Source: Actinomycetales bacterium (lineage in GTDB: Bacteria; Actinomycetota; Actinomycetes; S36-B12; UBA5976). Taken from it: a stretch of 64,000 nucleotides of DNA. The stretch is taken from assembly GCA_027484085.1 (NCBI GenBank), contig JAIXQF010000004.1, positions 1,768 to 65,767 of the forward strand. The letters are read 5' to 3'. The position numbers and the translations under genes were made by a program. The notes under the pieces were generated by a model, which was not told where the DNA came from, did no database searches, and saw only the letters and a program-made list of their open reading frames with translations. This document shows, piece by piece, positions 57,456-64,000 of the stretch. Numbering within the stretch: position 1 is the stretch's first letter; every line of letters begins with the position of its first letter.

Positions 57456-60400
57456 TTAGTTAACTTTTGCGGTACTTTTTGAGAGCCATTTGGTTGCTGA
57501 AGTTCCACTTGCTTTTCCGGTTACTGCAACTGCAAGGTATTTTCCTTTGTAAGTCTTAGTCACAGCAAACGTTGACTTAGTTGCCTTAGAAATAGCCTTG
57601 CAATTTTTCGGAATAGTAGCTGTGACACTCTTTACCTGAGTGCTGCAGGAGTACCACTGGTAACTAATTGCCGGAGTTGGAGATCCGGTCCAAGTACCTT
57701 TCTTGGCAGTTAGCTTGTTGGTGCCTTTTACTGTTGAAGTTGCTTTTCCAGTTACTGATGGCTTCACAGAGGCCACTGCTTTAGTTGGATTTTTTGTCCA
57801 TTTGGCGTGAAGGGTTAAATCGCCGCTGGATGTTGGAGTGTATGGGAAAGTTAGTAAAGAGCCACCAGTCGTTGCTGACCAACCTGCAAATGTGTAGCCC
57901 GTGCGCGTTGGCGGAACTGGCTCAGAGATACTTCTACCAAATGCCTGAGAGGCAACAGCAGAACCACCGTTTGTATTGTAGGCAACAGTGTAAACACCAA
58001 CTGCAATTACGAGGCCATTCCAGTCAGCACCAACATCTGCAAAGTCAGATGTGTCAGATCTGATGAAGGCCTTTGCGCCACTTGCCACTAAGTCAAATGC
58101 GGAATCACCAATAGTTGGTGCATTTCCTAAAAAGTAGACACTGGTAAGTGAAGTGGCGTTACGAAACGCTTGGTTACCAATACTTGTGACACCTGCTGGG
58201 ATGGTGATGGAGGGAAGTGAAGTTGCGTTACTAAATGCGGAGCTACCGATGCTTGTGACACTCTCAGGGATGGTGATAAAGGTTAGTGAGGTTGCGTTAC
58301 GAAACGCGCTGGATGGAATTCTTGCGAGTTGACTACCGGATGCGAATGTGACTCTGGTAACTGAAGTTGCACCTTCAAACGCGCCATCGCCAATGCTTGT
58401 GACGCTAGCTGGGATGGTGACGGAGGTTAGTGAGGTTGCGTTACGAAACGCGCCATCGCCAATGCTTGTGACGCTAGCTGGGATGGTGACGGAGGTTAGA
58501 TAAGTTGCGTCACTAAATGTGAAACGACCGATGCTTGTGACACTTGATGGGATAACGATGGAGTTAAGTGCAACTGCTGTAAAGAACGCACTATCACCAA
58601 TGCTTGTGACGCTTGTTGGGATTGCATAAAACGTATTATTTTTCCCCGCTGGATAGGCAATTAGCGTTGTCGAGTTCTTGTTAAACAGCACTCCCGAAGT
58701 CGAACTGTAACTTGGATTAGCCTCATCGACGGTAATGCTGACGAGTGCTGTTGTATTACGAAACGCTTGGTTACCAATGCTTGTGACGCTTGCTGGGATT
58801 GTGATGGAGGTAAGTGAGGTTGCGTTACTAAATGCGAAGCTACCGATGCTTGTGACACCTTCTGGAATGTTGATGGAGGTTAGCGAGGTTGCGCTACCAA
58901 ACGCACTGGCCTCGATACTCGTTAGCTGGCTACCAGGAGCGAATGTGACGCTGGTAAGTGAAGTTGCACTATTAAATGCAAGGCTACCGATGCTTGTGAC
59001 ACTCCCTGGGATCGTGATGGAGGTAAGTGAAGTTGCGGTATAAAACGCGCTACCACCAATGCTTGTTGCACCTGCTGGAATTACTACTGCGCCGGTACAG
59101 TTACTTCCGTCTGCTACAACACCACTATTGATTGTGTATGTCGTGCCCACGTCTGAGAGTCTTCCCGTAGTGCAGAGGTAAGTTCCATCTTTGGGCGAGA
59201 TTGAGACAACTAAACCCTGCCAGGTATCTCCTTCATTTCCAAAATCAATGGCTTCATCTTTGATAATCACTTGGGCGCCACTTGCCACTGAACCAAATGC
59301 GGAATAACCAATAGTTGGTGCATTACCAAAAAAGTAGACACTGGTAAGTGAGGCTGCGCCTGCAAATGCGAAGCTACCGATGCTTGTGACACTTGCTGGG
59401 ATGGTGATGGAGTTAAGTGAAGTTGCGCCAAAGAACGCGCTTTCACCAATGCTTGTGACGCTAGGTGGGATTATATAAAAGGTATTATTTTTTGCCGATG
59501 GATAGGCAATTATTGTTGTCGAGTTCTTGTCAAATAGCACTCCCGAATTCGAACTGTAGCTTGGATTAGCGCCATCGACGGTAACGCTGACAAGTGCTGC
59601 TGTATTTTGAAACGCTCCGCTGCCGATGCTTGTGACACTTGCTGGGATGGTGATGGAGGTAAGTGAAGTTGCATCATAAAATGCGGAATCACCAATGCTT
59701 GTGACGCCTGCTGGGATGGTGATGGAGGCTAGCGAGGTTGCGTTACGAAACGCTTGGCTACCGATACTTGTTAGCTGGCTACCAGGAGCGAATGTGACAC
59801 TGGTGAGTGAAGTTGCGTTACTAAATGCGGAGCTACCGATGCTTGTGACACCTGCTGGGATGGTGATGGAGGTAAGTGAAGTTGCGTAAAGGAACGCGCC
59901 GGATGGAATTCTTGCGAGTTGACTACCAGATGCGAATATGACACTGGTAAGTGAAGTTGCGCGTTCGAACGCGTCAATACCAATGCTTGTGACACTTGCT
60001 GGGATGGTGATGGAGGTAAGTGAAGTTGCGTTATAAAACGCGTCACTACCAATGCTTGTGACACTTGCTGGGATGGTGATGGAGGTAAGTGAAGTTGCGT
60101 TAACGAACGCGTTATCTCCAATGATTGTGACGCTAGGTGGGATTTCATAAAAGGTATTATTTTTTCCCAATGGATAGGCAATTAGCGTTGTCGAGTTCTT
60201 GTTAAACAGCACTCCCGAAGTCGAACTGTAGCTTGGATTTGCACTATCGACAGTAATGCTGACGAGTGCTGTTGTATTGCGAAACGCTTGGTTACCAATG
60301 CTTGTGACACTTGCTGGGATTGTGATTGAGGTAAGTGAAGTTGCGCTATTAAATGCGAAAACACCAATGCTTGTGACACTTGCTGGGATCGTGATGGAGG

Positions 60401-60830
60401 TAAGTGAAGTTGCTCTATTAAACGCACTATCGCCAATACTAAGTAGCTGGCTACCAGGAGCGAATGTGACACTGGTAAGTGAAGTTGTACCTTCAAATGC
60501 TGAGCTACCAATACTTGTGACGCCTGCTGGGATCGTGATGGAGGTAAGTGAAGTTGCGCCTGCAAATGCGAAGCTACCGATGCTTGTGACACTTGCTGGG
60601 ATTGTGATGGAGGTAAGTGAAGTTGCGTTATAAAATGCGCTATCACCAATGCTTGTAACGCCTGCTGGGATTACTAATGCGTTAGAACAGTTACTTCCGT
60701 CCGTGACAACACCACTGTCGATTGTGATAGTTCCTCCGATACAACTGACGGTTTCGGCACTGGCAGGACTTAAGGCCAATCCAGAGAGAGCCAGAGCAAA
60801 AGTGGTAACCAGTGTGGCTAATCTGCGCAT
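57456..60830 (-). CDS. Giant secreted BspA-type LRR (LRR_5) protein, internally duplicated, with one Listeria-Bacteroides repeat and a Lys-rich C-terminal module
   Basis: ATG 60830 (MRRLATLVTTFALALSGLALSPASA) is preferred to the track TTG 60860. Dozens of ATSLTSITIPASVTSIGxxAFxN units form two ~480-aa super-repeats, each ending in YF(F/L)GNAPTIG. The C-terminus is SYQWYSC...C, like 48562..51402. Confidence 0.85.
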   Translation of the reverse strand: MRRLATLVTTFALALSGLALSPASAETVSCIGGTITIDSGVVTDGSNCSNALVIPAGVTSIGDSAFYNATSLTSITIPASVTSIGSFAFAGATSLTSITIPAGVTSIGSSAFEGTTSLTSVTFAPGSQLLSIGDSAFNRATSLTSITIPASVTSIGVFAFNSATSLTSITIPASVTSIGNQAFRNTTALVSITVDSANPSYSSTSGVLFNKNSTTLIAYPLGKNNTFYEIPPSVTIIGDNAFVNATSLTSITIPASVTSIGSDAFYNATSLTSITIPASVTSIGIDAFERATSLTSVIFASGSQLARIPSGAFLYATSLTSITIPAGVTSIGSSAFSNATSLTSVTFAPGSQLTSIGSQAFRNATSLASITIPAGVTSIGDSAFYDATSLTSITIPASVTSIGSGAFQNTAALVSVTVDGANPSYSSNSGVLFDKNSTTIIAYPSAKNNTFYIIPPSVTSIGESAFFGATSLNSITIPASVTSIGSFAFAGAASLTSVYFFGNAPTIGYSAFGSVASGAQVIIKDEAIDFGNEGDTWQGLVVSISPKDGTYLCTTGRLSDVGTTYTINSGVVADGSNCTGAVVIPAGATSIGGSAFYTATSLTSITIPGSVTSIGSLAFNSATSLTSVTFAPGSQLTSIEASAFGSATSLTSINIPEGVTSIGSFAFSNATSLTSITIPASVTSIGNQAFRNTTALVSITVDEANPSYSSTSGVLFNKNSTTLIAYPAGKNNTFYAIPTSVTSIGDSAFFTAVALNSIVIPSSVTSIGRFTFSDATYLTSVTIPASVTSIGDGAFRNATSLTSVTIPASVTSIGDGAFEGATSVTRVTFASGSQLARIPSSAFRNATSLTFITIPESVTSIGSSAFSNATSLPSITIPAGVTSIGNQAFRNATSLTSVYFLGNAPTIGDSAFDLVASGAKAFIRSDTSDFADVGADWNGLVIAVGVYTVAYNTNGGSAVASQAFGRSISEPVPPTRTGYTFAGWSATTGGSLLTFPYTPTSSGDLTLHAKWTKNPTKAVASVKPSVTGKATSTVKGTNKLTAKKGTWTGSPTPAISYQWYSCSTQVKSVTATIPKNCKAISKATKSTFAVTKTYKGKYLAVAVTGKASGTSATKWLSKSTAKVN
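58381..58518. repeat. Tandem 69-bp (23-codon) repeat inside the LRR gene, first 50 nt identical
   Basis: gcgccatcgccaatgcttgtgacgctagctgggatggtgacggaggttag occurs at 58381-58430 and again at 58450-58499. Confidence 0.85.
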
Positions 60831-60962
60831 AAAATTTCCATCCGATTCTTTTGCTGACAAGTTGCATAAGCTAAGTTGTTGCTAATCCTGATTTAAGTCT
60901 AACAATGGAAAATGATGCTCAGCAGACAGATTTTTCAGGATGTGGAATAAGAAATTTTTCTC

Positions 60963-61038
60963 TGGCGCGCTCGAAGGGATTCGAACCCCTAACCTTTTGA
61001 TCCGTAGTCAAATGCTCTATCCGTTGAGCTACGAGCGC
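60963..61038 (-). tRNA. tRNA-Arg (anticodon ACG), CCA encoded
   Basis: Reverse complement is GCGCTCGTAGCTCAACGGATAGAGCATTTGACTACGGATCAAAAGGTTAGGGGTTCGAATCCCTTCGAGCGCGCCA. Anticodon stem TTTGA/TCAAA, loop CTACGGA. Confidence 0.93.
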
Positions 61039-61111
61039 GTGCGCACCTAAATGCGCTCCGCCAGTCTAGCCCAATAGCGGGGTCTGCTAAAAATCGCAGA
61101 TTATGAGGAGT

Positions 61112-61432
61112 TTAGATGTCTTGAATTGATGCATGAATTGGAATTACTTGATCAAGGCCAGTGATCCCGAAGACCTTTAGAACGCGCTCATTAGTAATGA
61201 CTAGGTCTAAATCATTCTCTGCTTCTCGGCAGCGCTTCAAAGCTCGGACGATTACACCCAAGCCTGAAGAATCCATAAACGAAACATCCGTCAGGTCAAT
61301 TACAACCGACGAAATTCCGGAGTCAATTGCAGCGATAACTGCTGTGTCTAGATCAGGTGACGTAGCTAAATCCACTTCGCCAGAAACCGTTATCAAGTAA
61401 CGATCTGATCCTGGGGTCGTTGCGATTTGCAT
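61112..61432 (-). CDS. STAS-domain anti-sigma-factor antagonist (SpoIIAA-like)
   Basis: DLTDVSFMDSSGLGVIV phosphorylatable-Ser motif. ATG 61432 (MQIATTPG) with AAAGGA 7 nt upstream is preferred to the track TTG 61447. Confidence 0.85.
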   Translation of the reverse strand: MQIATTPGSDRYLITVSGEVDLATSPDLDTAVIAAIDSGISSVVIDLTDVSFMDSSGLGVIVRALKRCREAENDLDLVITNERVLKVFGITGLDQVIPIHASIQDI

Positions 61433-61456
61433 AATCATTCCTTTCAAGAACTATCT

Positions 61457-61843
61457 CTAATCTACGCTATCTATCGAATTCTCCGCCACAATTCCTGCTC
61501 TAGAACTGGCGTATATAGAGGAGAAGAAAATGCGCAAAAGTGGATTTGGGTTTGGCTCTGAAACCAAAACATGAATGCTCAGTGGCTGCGATATGCAGTC
61601 GGCATCTAGTCCATAGTTTGTGATACCGAACTCTCGCGCAACATCACATGCTTGCAAATAGTTGAATTCAAGTTCTTGAGCACCGGCCAACGCAATCGAC
61701 TCTGAAGTTGTGTTGAGTCGTTGTTGCGCTAGGACGACTTGACCGACTGTACCAATTAGACAAGTCCCAGCCAACAATGAAGTAGCGATAGCTAAAACTA
61801 AAATTGAAATCTGCCCTGACTCATTTTCTGTGCAGCGAAACAT
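61457..61843 (-). CDS. TadE-like pseudopilin (Rv3654c-family)
   Basis: 128 aa. N-terminal ESGQISILVLAIATSLLAG hydrophobic segment. Last gene of the Flp/Tad operon. Confidence 0.65.
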   Translation of the reverse strand: MFRCTENESGQISILVLAIATSLLAGTCLIGTVGQVVLAQQRLNTTSESIALAGAQELEFNYLQACDVAREFGITNYGLDADCISQPLSIHVLVSEPNPNPLLRIFFSSIYASSRAGIVAENSIDSVD

Positions 61844-61845
61844 CG

Positions 61846-62241
61846 TTAACCAAATTCTTCAAAGACTGGTTCGAGGCGAGCGCGAGTGCTAGCCGTTAGT
61901 TCAACTGGGTAAGTAAGTATTGCCAGACTAAAGTTCATTTTTGTCTTTAACGTAAATTCAACAACTTCATTTTGCGGGTTAACGATTATCTCGGTACCTT
62001 CGGGAAGCGCGTTGCGAAATGAATCAGGGATTGGATCCCCACGTCCTACTATTCGAGCGCCGAGTGCTGCGGCACTTTCCAATTTGATTTGAGTGACGGT
62101 GAGACCAATTAGTGAAACCGACATAGCAACAACCATCAGGAGTGCCGGAATAACCATTGCAAACTCTGCAACTGCATACCCGTGAGTGCGTTGGACTAGA
62201 TGCTTGCCCTCATCTAGTCCAACCGCTTGTTCACTACTCAT
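61846..62241 (-). CDS. TadE-family minor pilin (Rv3655c-like)
   Basis: ATG 62241 lies 2 nt after the flp stop. GYAVAEFAMVIPALLMVVAMSV is the TadE N-terminal motif. Confidence 0.7.
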   Translation of the reverse strand: MSSEQAVGLDEGKHLVQRTHGYAVAEFAMVIPALLMVVAMSVSLIGLTVTQIKLESAAALGARIVGRGDPIPDSFRNALPEGTEIIVNPQNEVVEFTLKTKMNFSLAILTYPVELTASTRARLEPVFEEFG

Positions 62242-62243
62242 CT

Positions 62244-62429
62244 TTAGTTGAAGAAGAGGAAGTTGAATGCCTGCTGAATGATTTTCCAAATTAGATCTTG
62301 AACATCTGCACTTGTCAGCATCTTTAATAGAAGGCCACCTAGACCAGCTGCTGCCATTGTTCCAACTGCATATTCTGCAGTCGTCATTCCTTCTTCATTT
62401 GTTAGCAATTCTTGAAATTTTGAAACCAC
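62244..62429 (-). CDS. flp: Flp-type pilin (actinobacterial DUF4244 / Rv3656c-like)
   Basis: 61 aa, GTG start. Leader MVSKFQELLTNEEG followed by MTTAEYAVGTMAAAGLGGLLL (G/xxxxEY prepilin processing motif). Confidence 0.75.
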   Translation of the reverse strand: MVSKFQELLTNEEGMTTAEYAVGTMAAAGLGGLLLKMLTSADVQDLIWKIIQQAFNFLFFN

Positions 62430-62539
62430 TTGTTTCCCCGTTTCTGCTTTGGCGCGATTGCGCAGTTGAAGTCTGTTGAAACATGACTCGTTACAAAAGT
62501 GGCGCGGTGAAATTGTTCACTTTCTGAGCGTGTGGATTA

Positions 62540-63118
62540 CTAAATGAAGCCACGAAGTAATCCTGCAATGACTGGAATCACAGCTAGCAATATGAACGCT
62601 GGCAGGAAACATAATCCAAGGGGTAGGACGCTCTTTACTGCGACGGACTTAATCCGCTTCAACTTTTCGGTATCCATGGAGCTTTGCAAAATGAATGCCA
62701 CTTCAGATAACTGATCCGATACCGTGCTGCCAGAACTTAGTGAAGTAATCAGGGTGTCAGATATTGATCGCCAGCCAGGATTAGCAATGGCAATCTTTTC
62801 TAGGCCGTGAGCTAGTGGCATACCAAGCCGAAACTGATTCAATATTTGATCTAGTTCGTGAGCTGCGGCATGCGATGAATGTTTCTTCGAGTACTCAAGC
62901 GCGTCACTAATCGTCATTCCTGAACCCAGACCTAACTGAATTATTTCTAAGATATGGAGGATTTCAGACCTTGATGCAGCATCAAAGCCAGATGGGTCTG
63001 ATTCTGTTTCTGACTCACTTGTCTCTTCGACAACGTCAGGCTCAGTAGGAATTTGTCGCGGGAGTGGAAACCACAAATACACTGCAAGGCAAATGCAAAG
63101 GATTGCAAAAATTTTCAT
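62540..63118 (-). CDS. tadC: Type II secretion F-domain protein (TadC-like)
   Basis: 192 aa. N-terminal TM helix, cytoplasmic helical domain, C-terminal TM pair (VLPLGLCFLPAFILLAVIPVIAGLL). Confidence 0.75.
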   Translation of the reverse strand: MKIFAILCICLAVYLWFPLPRQIPTEPDVVEETSESETESDPSGFDAASRSEILHILEIIQLGLGSGMTISDALEYSKKHSSHAAAHELDQILNQFRLGMPLAHGLEKIAIANPGWRSISDTLITSLSSGSTVSDQLSEVAFILQSSMDTEKLKRIKSVAVKSVLPLGLCFLPAFILLAVIPVIAGLLRGFI

Positions 63119-63783
63119 GTGACGTCAGCCAATGCGCGATTCAGCAATCGCCTAATCCAGAGCGAGCCAACTAGTTCAAGTGCGAGTCCTAAAAGCAAGC
63201 AGACTCTGCCGGCACCGGTGCCAAGTAGCCAAGAGATGGAATCTGTGCCCAGAATAGATCCCATTGCGAAACCCATGAATGGTAAGCCGGCAAGCACGAA
63301 AACTGTAGCCTTCGTGCTTGCTAGTTCCGCAGAAATTAGCTGTTCATGCTTCCTGTGGTTAATCAATGACTGAGCTATCTGGGATAACGGAGCATTGATG
63401 CTGCTTCCGGAAGTCAGTCCGAGTTCTAGCAAATTGGCGCAATTGATTAGATCAGGAAAACTGTTTTGGATTGAGTCGCGATGTAGAGCCGAAAGCACGC
63501 TTACATGTAAAGCTATAGCCTCTTTAGTCTTTTCGAATGCGAACTCTGGCGCTCGGCTAACTGCAAACTTAAGGGCATCTACTTGGTTAACGCCAGCATT
63601 CAACTGGCTCCTTAAGTTGAAGATGAATTGAAGCTGATCTTCGAAACACATTTTGGTCTTTTCCCTGCGCTTCAAGAAATGGTTTGGAATTCGAACCCGA
63701 TTACTAATTGCAAAACTTGGCAATGGCCTGGTCCAAATCGCAGCAGCTATTGAAAAGCACAACGCCACTATTACCAACTTCAT
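63115..63783 (-). CDS. tadB: Type II secretion F-domain protein (TadB-like)
   Basis: 222 aa with the same T2SSF topology. 4-nt overlaps with both neighbours. Confidence 0.75.
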   Translation of the reverse strand: MKLVIVALCFSIAAAIWTRPLPSFAISNRVRIPNHFLKRREKTKMCFEDQLQFIFNLRSQLNAGVNQVDALKFAVSRAPEFAFEKTKEAIALHVSVLSALHRDSIQNSFPDLINCANLLELGLTSGSSINAPLSQIAQSLINHRKHEQLISAELASTKATVFVLAGLPFMGFAMGSILGTDSISWLLGTGAGRVCLLLGLALELVGSLWIRRLLNRALADVT

Positions 63784-64000
63784 GCCACCTTCTTCAGTGA
63801 CATCATGCTGCCAAAAGGTTCAGTTGTAACCGACCCATCGGACGCTCTCACAAATCGAGCAATTTCGGCGATTCCGCGGTTTCCGTTCCTGGCATCCTCC
63901 ATCTGAATCACAACATCGAAAGCTGAATACATTTGGGCATGGATCGCTTCACGAGGTAAGCCAGCCAATAGTCCGAGCGCCTCTATGCGAGTTGGCACGC
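63780..64000 (-). CDS. tadA: TadA/CpaF-family secretion ATPase, C-terminal end only (5' part beyond the window)
   Basis: The open frame runs to the window edge. ...RIEALGLLAGLPREAIHAQMYSAFDVVIQMEDARNGNRGIAEIARFV matches the CpaF/VirB11-like C-terminal domain. Operon context supports it. Confidence 0.8.
   Translation of the reverse strand, partial: VPTRIEALGLLAGLPREAIHAQMYSAFDVVIQMEDARNGNRGIAEIARFVRASDGSVTTEPFGSMMSLKKVA

Larger units (their letters stand above)
57401..60981. mobile_element. Possible remnant of a tRNA-Arg-targeted insertion carrying only the giant LRR gene (no integrase present)
   Basis: att-like 20-bp direct repeats (the tRNA 3' end and its partial copy) bracket a single 1124-codon gene. 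No recombinase lies inside or adjacent. Confidence 0.3.

Noticed and set aside
58381-58518. Regular 69-bp periodic repeats that could superficially resemble a CRISPR array.
   Set aside because: The repeat units are contiguous with no unique spacers. They are in frame within a coding LRR protein, and no cas genes or leader are present.
58661-60649. Many 60-155-aa ORFs on both strands inside the giant LRR gene (for example 58735..59043 +, 60256..60633 +, 60182..60649 - off-frame, 59771..60181 -), several nearly identical to each other.
   Set aside because: Their similarity reflects the in-frame LRR DNA repeats read in other frames or antisense. The 1124-codon frame with signal peptide and coherent LRR units explains the whole region.
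57401-60981. Calling the tRNA-Arg-flanked segment a functional prophage, ICE or genomic island.
   Set aside because: No integrase, excisionase, transposase or phage genes lie inside or beside it. Only the att-like duplication is seen, so I report it as a possible remnant at low confidence.

Overview
64-kb chromosomal window that looks like a genome-streamlined, moderate/low-GC actinobacterium. This is an inference from synteny, not a search. The supporting blocks are dnaX-recR-lysC, tilS-hpt, ftsH-folE-folP-folB-folK-DUF3180, tadA next to tRNA-Ser, a mycothiol-type DinB enzyme, and an Rv3654c-Rv3660c-style Tad/Flp locus. Genes are very tightly packed, with many 1-11 nt overlaps including convergent stop-codon overlaps. 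I can support about 68 protein genes, 3 tRNAs (Ser-GGA, Ser-CGA, Arg-ACG), an SRP RNA, one SAM-IV-type riboswitch and two hairpin terminators. Most of the window is housekeeping: replication/recombination, folate, nucleotide salvage, pnt transhydrogenase, ABC transporters, CopC/CopD. Two regions stand out. (i) 20.4-27.0 kb is a two-component-system-flanked redox cluster. It holds two copies of a module made of a membrane-tethered CX15C mini-protein plus an MsrQ/ferric-reductase-like haem-b membrane protein, a signal-less ApbE flavin transferase with no visible substrate, a ferric-reductase-TM/PDR-reductase/2Fe-2S fusion, and an exported protein with a 30-residue poly-Asp/Glu tail. This is my best candidate for an undescribed system. 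(ii) 48.2-61.0 kb is a surface/accessory island with two giant BspA-type LRR proteins, an S8 protease, DUF2207 and an apparently circularly permuted FeS-photolyase-like protein. The larger LRR gene is bracketed by a 20-bp duplication of the tRNA-Arg 3' end. I saw no CRISPR, rRNA, transposase, integrase or recognisable phage-defence genes. All domain calls come from motif reading by eye, with no database searches.
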